From Flavobacteriaceae bacterium (GTDB lineage Bacteria > Bacteroidota > Bacteroidia > Flavobacteriales > Flavobacteriaceae), in contig JABDMQ010000344.1 of NCBI GenBank assembly GCA_013001365.1, forward strand, positions 1 through 56,856: a stretch of DNA of 56,856 bases, in the 5' to 3' direction. The position numbers were made by a program, and so were the translations under genes. Below, one piece after another: positions 9,443-18,556 of this stretch. The notes below the pieces were generated by a model. The model had not been told where the DNA came from and ran no database searches. It worked only from the letters and a program-made list of their open reading frames with translations. The number at the start of each line of letters is the position of its first letter. The first letter of the stretch is position 1.

Positions 9443-9853
9443 ATGATACAAAGAATCCAAACCGTTTATCTTCTATTGGCTGCTGCTGTTTCAGGCGGAT
9501 TGATCTTTGTATTCAATTTATGGACAACCGTCGAAGAGGTTAAATTCTTTGCAATCGATAATAACATATATTTTGGAATGTTCATTGGTTCGGCCGTGTT
9601 GTCATTCATTACCATTTTTATGTACTCGAACAGAAAGTCCCAATTTGTAATGGGACGTCTTAATATCTTATTAAACTTAATTTTACTAGGATTTTTCGTC
9701 TATCAATCTCTAAACTTATCTGGAGAGGCCCTGGTCTCAGAGAAAGGTATTGGGATGCTTCTTCCTATTTTATCTATCGTATTATTGGTCTTGGCCAATA
9801 AGGCCATAAAAAAGGATGAAGATCTCGTAAAATCTGTAGATAGATTACGATAA
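9443..9853 (+). CDS. DUF4293-family membrane protein
   Basis: MIQRIQTVYLLLAA is the typical DUF4293 N-terminus, and the protein has 4 predicted TM helices. The track ORF starts at a TTG (9389), so I prefer the ATG at 9443. Confidence 0.7.
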   Translation: MIQRIQTVYLLLAAAVSGGLIFVFNLWTTVEEVKFFAIDNNIYFGMFIGSAVLSFITIFMYSNRKSQFVMGRLNILLNLILLGFFVYQSLNLSGEALVSEKGIGMLLPILSIVLLVLANKAIKKDEDLVKSVDRLR

Positions 9854-9881
9854 ACCTAACATCTTAGTAGTATTAGTGCGT

Positions 9882-9910
9882 AAACCCAGGGAGAAGTCCC
9901 TGGGTTTTTT
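9882..9910 (+). terminator. Rho-independent terminator after the DUF4293 gene
   Basis: The stem is aaacccaggga / tccctgggttt with loop gaag, followed by a T-run. Confidence 0.75.
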
Positions 9911-9911
9911 A

Positions 9912-10403
9912 TTATCTACTGAATTCGATTACCTCTAGGTCCTTGATATCTTTTCCGTCAATCTTGAATCGTAACATGGTCCTGACTTTATGAAAACCAT
10001 GTTTACCAATTGCTCCTGGATTCATGTGAAGAAGATTCAATTTTTTGTCTGGCATTACTTTGAGAATGTGAGAATGACCTGAGATAAAGAGTTTAGGAGG
10101 AGTTTCCTTTATTTCATCTTTGATCCTGCGATCATATCTCCCTGGGTAGCCTCCTATATGAGTGATCCAGACATCAACACCTTCGCACATAAATCGATTG
10201 TTCAATGGAAATTCTCTTCGAATGACATCATCATCTATGTTTCCGTAGACCGCCTTTAAAGGTTTATGCTTAACAATGGCATCAGTAACGTCAAGACTTC
10301 CTATATCTCCAGCATGCCATACTTCATCGGCTTGATTCACGTATTTAAGGATGTCTTTATCCATATGACCATGAGTGTCTGAGAGTAGAAGAATGTGGGT
10401 CAT
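9912..10403 (-). CDS. Metallophosphoesterase, YfcE/MJ0936 family
   Basis: It carries the phosphoesterase motifs LSDTHGH, HAGDIG, GNID, GHSH and a C-terminal GS..pG, in 163 aa. Confidence 0.85.
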   Translation of the reverse strand: MTHILLLSDTHGHMDKDILKYVNQADEVWHAGDIGSLDVTDAIVKHKPLKAVYGNIDDDVIRREFPLNNRFMCEGVDVWITHIGGYPGRYDRRIKDEIKETPPKLFISGHSHILKVMPDKKLNLLHMNPGAIGKHGFHKVRTMLRFKIDGKDIKDLEVIEFSR

Positions 10404-10467
10404 TTTAGAAAGTTTAAAATATAAATCTGATTATCTTTACGAACGCTAACAAAAATAGGGTTTTGAC

Positions 10468-11223
10468 TTGAGATACTTCATTGAATTCGCTTACAACGGA
10501 AAGGCCTATCATGGCTGGCAGAAGCAACCTAATGTGATCTCGGTGCAAGAAGTCTTGGAGAAAGCACTTACTACATTGCTCAATGAATCTATTGAAGTTG
10601 TTGGTGCAGGTAGGACAGATACAGGTGTTCATGCAAAACAGATGTATGCTCATCTTGATCTTGAGTTCCCAATTAGCGACCCGCAATTCGTTTACAAGAT
10701 GAATCAATTCCTTCCGAAGGATATTGTTATCAAGGCCTTTCATCATGTAAAAGACGATGCTCATGCGCGTTTTGATGCGACAAGCAGAACCTATAACTAT
10801 ATCATTTCTGAAGGTAAAAACCCATTTACGATTGAAAGCAGCCTATTGTTGAAGAACAAACTCGATATCGATAAGATGAATCAAGCTGCTGCAGAACTGC
10901 TTAATTATAAAAACTTTAAGTGTTTCAGTAAGGTGCATACAAATGTAAAAACGTATAATTGTAATGTGATGCATGCTGAGTGGAAAAGAACAGACAATGA
11001 GTTGATATTTACAATAACTGCCGACCGTTTTTTGCGTAACATGGTGAGGGCCATCGTAGGTACAATGCTTGATATTGGAAACAATAAAATAGAAGTCGAG
11101 GATCTTAAAGGCATCATAGAATCACAAGACAGGTCCAATGCTGGAACCTCAGTTCTAGCGCAAGGACTATATTTATCAAAGATCACTTATCCGGAAGACA
11201 CGTTTTTAAATGGCAACAGATAA
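10468..11223 (+). CDS. truA: tRNA pseudouridine(38-40) synthase
   Basis: (M)RYFIEFAYNGKAYHGWQKQPN and GAGRTDTGVHA (catalytic Asp) are present. The start codon is TTG, and no in-frame ATG gives the canonical N-terminus. Confidence 0.9.
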   Translation: MRYFIEFAYNGKAYHGWQKQPNVISVQEVLEKALTTLLNESIEVVGAGRTDTGVHAKQMYAHLDLEFPISDPQFVYKMNQFLPKDIVIKAFHHVKDDAHARFDATSRTYNYIISEGKNPFTIESSLLLKNKLDIDKMNQAAAELLNYKNFKCFSKVHTNVKTYNCNVMHAEWKRTDNELIFTITADRFLRNMVRAIVGTMLDIGNNKIEVEDLKGIIESQDRSNAGTSVLAQGLYLSKITYPEDTFLNGNR

Positions 11224-12985
11224 TCAAGAAAAAGAGAAGTTATTCAATGTGTCGCTTTTCAAGCGGCTGTTAGTGTTCTTGAAGCCCTATAGAGGCATCT
11301 TTTTCGGAGTATTGACCTCCGTACTTCTGATAGCAATTGCAACAGCTGTGAGGCCTTATATCTTACAGCAAGCCATTGACAATAACATTGTAACTAAAGA
11401 ATTTGAAGGATTTCTACCATACATTTTGTTAATGGGTGGTTTGTTAGTGATAGCAACTATTTGTCAATTGATCTTCATTTTCTATGCAGGTTGGTTGGGG
11501 CAGTCCATGGTCAAGGATATTCGGGTAAAACTATTCGATCATATGCTCAATTTCAAGATGAAGTACTTCGATAGTTCTTCGGTAGGTGTCTTGATTACGC
11601 GTTCCGTAACGGACATGGAACGTATTGCAGATATCTTTGGACAAGGCTTGTTCATGATCTCACGAGACCTGCTCACTATGCTAGTAGTGTCTGGTGTAAT
11701 GGTTTATATGAATTGGAAATTAAGTTTGATCGTATTCTTGATGATGCCGGTCATCCTGTATGCCACCAAACTTTTCCAGAAGTATATGAAAAAGGCATTT
11801 GAGGAGGTTAGAACGGAGATTTCCAACCTAAACTCATTCGTACAGGAACGTGTTACGGGAATGAAGATCCTGCAACTATTTACGAGAGAAGAAACAGAAT
11901 ACAAGAATTTCAAGGAAATCAATGAGCGTCATAAACAAGGATGGCTCAAGACCGTTTGGTACAACTCCATTTTCTTTCCAATTGCAGAATTGTCTTCGTC
12001 CATTACTGTTGGATTGATTGCTTGGTATGGTGGGTTGGATACCGTTTTAAGTGAAACATCGTCGTTGGGAGATCTTACAGCGTTCATTATGATGATCCCT
12101 ATGCTGTTTAGGCCATTACGGCAAATAGCGGACCAATTCAATACCTTACAAATGGGTATGGTGGCCGCTAAACGTGTTTTCAAGATCTTGGATACCGAAT
12201 CAAGGATCGACAATTCTGGAGATATAGAGATTCCACAATTAAAGGGAGAGATCGTCTTTAAGAACGTGCATTTTTCATATGTAGAGGATGAAGAAGTACT
12301 AAAGGGCATATCATTTAATGTAAAGGCAGGCGACACTGTAGCGATCGTAGGGGCTACTGGTGCAGGTAAATCAACGATCATTAATCTACTCAGTAGATTC
12401 TATGATATTTCTGAAGGAACTATTTGTGTCGATGGCATAGATATCAAGGATGCCACATTGAACTCATTAAGAGAGCAGATTGCAGTGGTTCTTCAAGATG
12501 TATTCTTGTTTGCGGACACAATCCTCTCTAACATTACATTGAACCATCCGGAAATTACCGAAGAAGAAGTCATTGTAGCTGCAAAGAAGATAGGGATTCA
12601 TGAATTCATAATGAGTCTGCCAAATGGCTATCATTACAATGTGAAAGAACGAGGTGTCATGCTTTCTTCAGGGCAACGCCAATTGATCTCGTTCTTGAGA
12701 GCTTATGTGACCAATCCGAGTATATTGGTTTTGGATGAAGCCACCTCTTCTGTGGATTCTTACTCTGAGCAACTCATACAAGATGCCACAGACAAGATCA
12801 CTCGTGGACGCACCTCTATCGTTATTGCACATAGATTAGCAACTGTTCAAAAAGCAGATCAAATAATTGTTTTGGATGCTGGAGAGATCGTTGAACAAGG
12901 CACACATGAAGAACTTCTCAAGACGAAAGACGGTTATTACAAGAATTTATATGAGGTGCAATTCCTAAAAAAAGAGGTTGCTTAA
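11210..12985 (+). CDS. ABC exporter, fused permease/ATPase (MsbA/MdlB-like, 591 aa)
   Basis: It has six N-terminal TM helices, Walker A GATGAGKST, signature LSSGQRQ and Walker B ILVLDEATS. It overlaps the truA end by 14 nt. Confidence 0.9.
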   Translation: MATDNQEKEKLFNVSLFKRLLVFLKPYRGIFFGVLTSVLLIAIATAVRPYILQQAIDNNIVTKEFEGFLPYILLMGGLLVIATICQLIFIFYAGWLGQSMVKDIRVKLFDHMLNFKMKYFDSSSVGVLITRSVTDMERIADIFGQGLFMISRDLLTMLVVSGVMVYMNWKLSLIVFLMMPVILYATKLFQKYMKKAFEEVRTEISNLNSFVQERVTGMKILQLFTREETEYKNFKEINERHKQGWLKTVWYNSIFFPIAELSSSITVGLIAWYGGLDTVLSETSSLGDLTAFIMMIPMLFRPLRQIADQFNTLQMGMVAAKRVFKILDTESRIDNSGDIEIPQLKGEIVFKNVHFSYVEDEEVLKGISFNVKAGDTVAIVGATGAGKSTIINLLSRFYDISEGTICVDGIDIKDATLNSLREQIAVVLQDVFLFADTILSNITLNHPEITEEEVIVAAKKIGIHEFIMSLPNGYHYNVKERGVMLSSGQRQLISFLRAYVTNPSILVLDEATSSVDSYSEQLIQDATDKITRGRTSIVIAHRLATVQKADQIIVLDAGEIVEQGTHEELLKTKDGYYKNLYEVQFLKKEVA

Positions 12986-12990
12986 TTTCA

Positions 12991-13773
12991 TCATTTCTTA
13001 GGTGCAAAATCTTGTAATGAATAATCTCCTGTGATTAATACGATAATTAGTATCACAATTGAAATACCAATGTAGGATATGAAAAAAAGCGGAAGAAATA
13101 TTAATGTCTTGATAATAAGCCCTCGTGCATTCAAGCTAAATATCCGCTTTAGGATGTATCCGTGATAAACGAACATAAGAAAGAAAACCACAAGGCTTAC
13201 CCAGATAAAAGCTTCAGGATAAATTAATAATACTATTGCATTAAATAAACTTGAAAACAAAGACCAAAAGGATAAACTATATAGATATATAACAGTATGT
13301 TCTGTTAAATTATATTTTTTATCATAAAATACAATTCTCGACATCAATGCAATAATTGGAATCAAGATGAAATATAACAATGAGTTATATTCAAAAGAAA
13401 ATTGGCTAATCTCTTTAGTTATCTTTTGTTGGGCTTCATCTTCGTAGATCGAAGAAGCATCCATGAAATCAGGGAAATACTTTTGAACAAAAAACAAGTA
13501 TAGACCTGAAATTGTCAAGGTTATTGCAAAAAAGCTAACAGCATTAACGTATTTTTTCCGAGTCCCATCAATATAACTACCAATGACATCTTCAGGCCTT
13601 GTGAAAAGATTAATAAAGGTCTGAAGAAATTTATTATCATAATCAAGGAATTGCTCACTAAAACTTGCAAACAGATTCTTTAACGTTAACCTGTTTCTAA
13701 TGACCTTAGCACCGCAGCTGGCACAATAATCACTATCTTTCTGGATTTGGGATTTACAATTCTTACAATTCAT
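12991..13773 (-). CDS. DUF3667-like protein: N-terminal zinc ribbon plus polytopic membrane domain (paralog 2)
   Basis: MNCKNCKS...YCASCG is a CxxC..CxxC motif, followed by ~5 TM helices. It is clearly paralogous to the adjacent upstream gene, with shared RLT.KN, F....DNK...TF..L...PE.VIG..IDG.R..Y.N. Confidence 0.7.
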   Translation of the reverse strand: MNCKNCKSQIQKDSDYCASCGAKVIRNRLTLKNLFASFSEQFLDYDNKFLQTFINLFTRPEDVIGSYIDGTRKKYVNAVSFFAITLTISGLYLFFVQKYFPDFMDASSIYEDEAQQKITKEISQFSFEYNSLLYFILIPIIALMSRIVFYDKKYNLTEHTVIYLYSLSFWSLFSSLFNAIVLLIYPEAFIWVSLVVFFLMFVYHGYILKRIFSLNARGLIIKTLIFLPLFFISYIGISIVILIIVLITGDYSLQDFAPKK

Positions 13774-13779
13774 GATCGA

Positions 13780-14544
13780 TCAATTAGTTAACAACAGATA
13801 CAATTGAAATAATACGAAAATCAATGCTACAATTATCGCACTAAATAAGCTGTACAGAACTTGAGAGGCCAAGGTTTTCCATACGGCTTCAAAAATCGAA
13901 AGTCTGAAAATCCTGAAATAACAATAGCCTAAGTATAGAAAACTTACCAAGCCAATTGCGGATAGCATCAATACATTTTCAATTCCTAATAGTAGGATAA
14001 CAGAGGTCAATAAGAACATAAGTATACTATATTGAGCAACGGCGTACATATTCAAAACGATATGCTCCGCATAATTGAGTTTCTTGTCTTGAAAAATAAG
14101 GTAGGTTGCGATTGCGGTTATCGGGATGAAAGCAACGGCAATCAAACCGGAATAATCCATAACGATTTCTGATACTCTTGTTATCTGTTCTTCTAGTTCC
14201 GGTGATAAAAAAGAATTAGCTGGACTTGCTTCATTGCCTTTAGGCAAGAACTTTTTCAGGATGAAAATATGAAAACCAATTAAGGTCACTGCCAAGCCTA
14301 AATAACTGATTACATTCATATAGGTCCTGCGTGCACCATCGATGAACATACCTATGACCATCTCTGGTTTTTTCAATAAATGAATGAAGGTCTTAACTAA
14401 TTTATTGTCAAGATTGAAGAATTGATTGCCAAATTCATTCAATACATTCTTGACCGTGAGCCTTTCGGCAATGACCTTATTACCACAATTGGCGCAGTAA
14501 ACCATACCTTGCATAAGCTCAGATTTGCAGTTCTTGCAGGTCAT
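13780..14544 (-). CDS. DUF3667-like protein: N-terminal zinc ribbon plus polytopic membrane domain (paralog 1)
   Basis: MTCKNCKS...YCANCG is followed by TM helices. The start codon (14542-14544) directly abuts the cdaA stop codon (14545-14547). Confidence 0.7.
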   Translation of the reverse strand: MTCKNCKSELMQGMVYCANCGNKVIAERLTVKNVLNEFGNQFFNLDNKLVKTFIHLLKKPEMVIGMFIDGARRTYMNVISYLGLAVTLIGFHIFILKKFLPKGNEASPANSFLSPELEEQITRVSEIVMDYSGLIAVAFIPITAIATYLIFQDKKLNYAEHIVLNMYAVAQYSILMFLLTSVILLLGIENVLMLSAIGLVSFLYLGYCYFRIFRLSIFEAVWKTLASQVLYSLFSAIIVALIFVLFQLYLLLTN

Positions 14545-15330
14545 TTAGCTCAGGTCTTTATGTAGGAGGTCTATGAGTTCTGTGGTATCTTCGAACCTAA
14601 CGAATTTACCATTCTTGATATAAGAAACTTGTCCGGTTTCCTCGGAAACAACAAGAGCCAAAGCATCTGTTTTTTCAGTAATCCCGGCAGCAGCTCTATG
14701 TCGAAGTCCAAAACGTAATGGAATACTCGTTTCGTTACTAACAGGTAGAATCACTCGCGTGGCCTTTACTATGTTGTTTTCGATGATTGCCGCACCATCA
14801 TGTAGCGGACTGTTCTTGAAGAAAATACTCTCTATGATAGGTTGCGTGACTTTAATGTTCATTTCATCACCAGTATTGGTCAAGAAATCAAGACTGTTCT
14901 GCCGTTCGATCACAATAAGCGCACCAGTTTTGGTCGTTGCCATCTTGTTGCATGCCGCGATAATGCTTTCAACATCAGTTTCAGACAAGATATCGGATTT
15001 AATGAATTTCAAACTCTTGAAGATCTTACCTCTTCCACTCAAATTCGTTGATCCGATCATAAGGAGGAACTTGCGTATTTCTTGCTGGAAAACAACGATC
15101 AAGGCAAACATTCCGACACTAATGAAACCACCAAGAATATTACTTAATAATTGCATTTGAAGTGCTTGTGTAAGCTTCCAAATTATGTAAACGATCACGA
15201 TTCCAATGAAGATATTTATGGCAACAGTTCCTTTTACAAGCTTATATACATAGTAGAGGAGAAATGCAACTAGCACTACGTCGATAACATCTACAATACT
15301 GAATTTTAAAAGGTCATCGAAAATTTCCAA
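14545..15330 (-). CDS. cdaA: Diadenylate cyclase (c-di-AMP synthase), membrane-anchored CdaA type
   Basis: It has three N-terminal TM helices and a DAC domain with the LHDGAAII (DGA) and GLRHRAAAGITE (RHR) motifs. Confidence 0.9.
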   Translation of the reverse strand: MEIFDDLLKFSIVDVIDVVLVAFLLYYVYKLVKGTVAINIFIGIVIVYIIWKLTQALQMQLLSNILGGFISVGMFALIVVFQQEIRKFLLMIGSTNLSGRGKIFKSLKFIKSDILSETDVESIIAACNKMATTKTGALIVIERQNSLDFLTNTGDEMNIKVTQPIIESIFFKNSPLHDGAAIIENNIVKATRVILPVSNETSIPLRFGLRHRAAAGITEKTDALALVVSEETGQVSYIKNGKFVRFEDTTELIDLLHKDLS

Positions 15331-15365
15331 AGGAAAGTGGTTTTGGTAAATTTAGTAAAATAGAA

Positions 15366-16022
15366 TCAATAAATGAATTCGTTATTAGAAACCCAAATGG
15401 AGTCAATTTTAATAGTATCGAGCAGTGATATGTATTTTATGTATTCCTGGAACGTTAAGTTCTTATTGAAATTAGCAATTACTTTTAAATTTATAGAATC
15501 ATTGTTCTGTAATAATTCACTAAGATAATTTTCTAATGATTTTGGCGACAATTCGGAATCCTTTGTTATTATTCTGTTCTCGGTTTCAAAATATAAAAGA
15601 ATCTCGTTTGACTTCTCTTCAGTCTCAGATTTGCCTTGAAAATAGAAAACATCCGTGAAATCCAAGAACCCAAGGTTCTTTATTGCAGTGTCATTGCACG
15701 TGAAGTAATTTTTTGCATTTTCGTTCTTATGCATTTTGGCATTTCGCTTTTTGTCCTGAAGTTTCAAGATAGAAGGTAGCGCTTGCTTTAATGTCAATCT
15801 CTTGTCAACATTAACCAGCCAATTCGTAGTAATAATTAAATTCTTCCTGTTCAGTTCAACACTGTCTTCCTTGGATTCGTCGTAAAAAAGATAAGCCGGC
15901 GAAACATCCTTTACATTAGTGATTTTGGCATTTTCGATCTCAGGTAGTAGTATGACCCTATCCCTGCCACATGACAAGCACAATATAATAAGGCAAACCA
16001 TTCCAATTCTCATTCTAGGCAT
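15366..16022 (-). CDS. Hypothetical lipoprotein (218 aa) between folP and cdaA
   Basis: It has a signal/lipobox-like MVCLIILCLSCGRD and no motif I recognise. It overlaps the folP stop by 8 nt, so it is probably co-transcribed. Confidence 0.55.
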   Translation of the reverse strand: MPRMRIGMVCLIILCLSCGRDRVILLPEIENAKITNVKDVSPAYLFYDESKEDSVELNRKNLIITTNWLVNVDKRLTLKQALPSILKLQDKKRNAKMHKNENAKNYFTCNDTAIKNLGFLDFTDVFYFQGKSETEEKSNEILLYFETENRIITKDSELSPKSLENYLSELLQNNDSINLKVIANFNKNLTFQEYIKYISLLDTIKIDSIWVSNNEFIY

Positions 16023-16842
16023 TTAATTGATTATAAAGCATAACGCACTCCATGGCTTCCTTTACATCATGGACCCTGAGGATCGAGGCTCCTTTCATCA
16101 AGGCAACCGTATTCAAGCTCGTTGTGCCGTTCAAGGCCTCATTCTGGCTTTGGTCCAGTAGTTTGAATATCATTGATTTTCTTGAAACACCTACTAGTAA
16201 TGGTAATCCTGCCATTGTCAACAACTCTAATTTATTCAAGAGTTCAAAATTCTGCCCAAGGTTCTTGGAGAAGCCAAACCCTGGGTCCAAAATAATATCC
16301 TTGACGCCATAATAACGTGCATTATTGATCCTTTCGGAAAAATACATATTGACATCATGAACAAGGTCTTTGTAATTGGTATGCTCCTTCATGGTTTGGG
16401 GAGTTCCTCTCATGTGCATCATGATATAAGGAACATTCAATTTTCCTACTGTTGGTAACATGTCCTCATCGAGTTGACCAGCGGAGATATCATTTACAAT
16501 GGCCGCTCCAGCTTGAATTCCCGCCTTTGCAACGTTGCTCCTGAAAGTATCAATAGACATTATTGAATCAGGAAAATGCTTTTGAATCATTTCGATTACA
16601 GGAACAACCCGCTCAAGCTCTTCTTCTTCAGAGATATGTTTAGCGCCAGGGCGAGAGCTATAGCCTCCCACATCAATGAAGGTTGCTCCTTCAGTGATCA
16701 TTTTATCGACATGTTCCAAGATATCTTGCTCCTTCTCATATTTACCACCATCATAAAAAGAGTCGGGAGTAATGTTAAGGATTCCCATAACCTTAGGAGT
16801 TGAAAGATCAATGAGTTTGCCTTTACAGTTAATAGTTCTCAT
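16015..16842 (-). CDS. folP: Dihydropteroate synthase
   Basis: GILNITPDSFYDGG, IDVGGYSSRPG, DPGFGF and RVHDV are classic pterin-binding DHPS motifs. Confidence 0.93.
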   Translation of the reverse strand: MRTINCKGKLIDLSTPKVMGILNITPDSFYDGGKYEKEQDILEHVDKMITEGATFIDVGGYSSRPGAKHISEEEELERVVPVIEMIQKHFPDSIMSIDTFRSNVAKAGIQAGAAIVNDISAGQLDEDMLPTVGKLNVPYIMMHMRGTPQTMKEHTNYKDLVHDVNMYFSERINNARYYGVKDIILDPGFGFSKNLGQNFELLNKLELLTMAGLPLLVGVSRKSMIFKLLDQSQNEALNGTTSLNTVALMKGASILRVHDVKEAMECVMLYNQLNA

Positions 16843-16919
16843 TCAAGAAGTATCTGTAGAATTAAAGTTTTTTAGTTCGGTTAATTTATGCGAAATTTAC
16901 GCAAAATTCGAGTGATTCT

Positions 16920-17456
16920 ATGCAAGATACTTCAAAACAATACGACGAGATCATAACGACTTGTCGCGATTTGTTCATCAAGAAAATGAAGGATTATGGA
17001 AGCGCATGGCGCATACTCAGATTACCCTCCTTGACAGACCAGATTTTCATTAAAGCACAGCGCATAAGAAGTCTTCAGCAGAAAAGCGAACGAAAGGTAG
17101 ATGAGGGTGAGGTAAGCGAATTCATTGGAATCATTAATTACTGCATCATGGCACTTATCCAGTTGGATAAAGGCGTTGTTGAGCAGCCAGATATGTCACT
17201 TGAGGAAGCAACTGACCTCTATGATGAAAAAGTGGCCGTTACCAAGAAATTGATGCTTGATAAGAATCATGATTACGGAGAGGCTTGGAGGGACATGCGC
17301 GTTAGCTCTCTAACAGATTTGATTCTACAGAAATTATTACGAGTAAAACAAATTGAGGACAATCTAGGTAAGACACTGGTGAGCGAAGGGATAAATGCTA
17401 ATTATGAAGACATGGTGAATTATGCGGTCTTTGCCTTGATCCATTTAAAAGAATAA
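16920..17456 (+). CDS. DUF1599 domain protein (internally duplicated)
   Basis: It has two homologous halves (YGSAWRILRLPSLTDQIFIKAQRIRSL and YGEAWRDMRVSSLTDLILQKLLRVKQI). It is divergent from folP, as is common in Bacteroidota. Confidence 0.7.
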   Translation: MQDTSKQYDEIITTCRDLFIKKMKDYGSAWRILRLPSLTDQIFIKAQRIRSLQQKSERKVDEGEVSEFIGIINYCIMALIQLDKGVVEQPDMSLEEATDLYDEKVAVTKKLMLDKNHDYGEAWRDMRVSSLTDLILQKLLRVKQIEDNLGKTLVSEGINANYEDMVNYAVFALIHLKE

Positions 17457-17458
17457 GA

Positions 17459-18556
17459 ATGAAGATACTTGTTACCATTGCGAGAATAATCGTTGGTGTG
17501 CTTTTTATTTTTTCGGGTTTGATAAAACTTAACGACCCAGTCGGTTTCTCGTTCAAACTTGACGAATACTTTAGCACTGCCGTTTTGGACCTTCCATTTT
17601 TAGCGCCATATGCTTTGATGATAGCTGTGGTATTGGTGGTTTTTGAGGTGCTGCTTGGTGTTTTCCTTTTGATCGGTTACAGACCTAAATTCACTATTTG
17701 GAGCTTATTTGCAATGATAGTGTTCTTTACGTTCTTGACTTGGTATTCGGCGTATTACAATAAGGTTACGGATTGCGGTTGTTTCGGTGATGCCATCAAG
17801 TTAACGCCATGGGAATCGTTTACCAAGGATGTCATTCTTTTGATATTGATAATTATTATAATGCTCAACATCAAAATCATTAATCCCATTCTAGGCAGAT
17901 TAGGGTTGACCGTGGTTGCCCTACTAAGTTTCATTGCATGTCTAAGTTTTGGCTTTCATGTCTTGATGCATTTACCTGTAAAAGATTTCAGGCCCTATAA
18001 AATAGGGAACAATATTACTGAGCAAATGACCATTCCTGAAGATGCTCCAAAGGCCATTATGGATTATCATTGGAAATTCAATGTCAATGGAAACGAAGAA
18101 ATCATAACCACAAGAGGAAGTTATCCAACCGTAGAAGGTGAATTCGTAAGCGTTGAGACCGAAGAGATCCAAGCGGGATATGAAGCACCTATTCATGATT
18201 TCTCAATAGAGCGTGAAGGAGAGGATTTTACCGAAGATATTCTTGCTGAAGACAAAGTGATCATGATCGTCATGTATAATCTGACAAGTTCAGAAAGTGA
18301 AGGATTGGAAGCCTTACGATCGGCATCCGAAGAAGCGGTTAGACAGGGCTATAAAGTAATTGGAATCACTGCATCTAATACAGATATGCAACAGGAAATT
18401 GCTGAGGCATACGGCCTTGATTTTGATTTCTATTTCTGCGATGAAACCGCACTCAAGACCATAGTAAGGTCCAACCCAGGAATCCTGAGACTCAATAAAG
18501 GGACTATCATCCAGAAATTGCATTGGAATGATATTGATGACCTAGAATTTGATTAG
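17459..18556 (+). CDS. DoxX/BT_3928-like membrane protein with a C-terminal thioredoxin-fold-like domain
   Basis: The N-terminus MKILVTIARIIVGVLFIFSGLIKLNDP is DoxX-like, with 4-5 TM helices, a TDCGCFGD motif and a soluble C-terminal domain of ~170 aa. Confidence 0.65.
   Translation: MKILVTIARIIVGVLFIFSGLIKLNDPVGFSFKLDEYFSTAVLDLPFLAPYALMIAVVLVVFEVLLGVFLLIGYRPKFTIWSLFAMIVFFTFLTWYSAYYNKVTDCGCFGDAIKLTPWESFTKDVILLILIIIIMLNIKIINPILGRLGLTVVALLSFIACLSFGFHVLMHLPVKDFRPYKIGNNITEQMTIPEDAPKAIMDYHWKFNVNGNEEIITTRGSYPTVEGEFVSVETEEIQAGYEAPIHDFSIEREGEDFTEDILAEDKVIMIVMYNLTSSESEGLEALRSASEEAVRQGYKVIGITASNTDMQQEIAEAYGLDFDFYFCDETALKTIVRSNPGILRLNKGTIIQKLHWNDIDDLEFD

Noticed and set aside
10414-10764. A 116-aa minus-strand ORF overlaps the truA 5' end.
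   Set aside because: It overlaps the well-supported truA N-terminus on the opposite strand, has no family resemblance, and would leave no promoter space.
16868-16895. A short palindrome, tgcgaaatttacgca, lies in the folP / DUF1599 divergent region and could be an operator.
   Set aside because: It has 15 nt with a mismatch, in AT-rich DNA, and I saw no second copy. That is too weak to call without comparative data.
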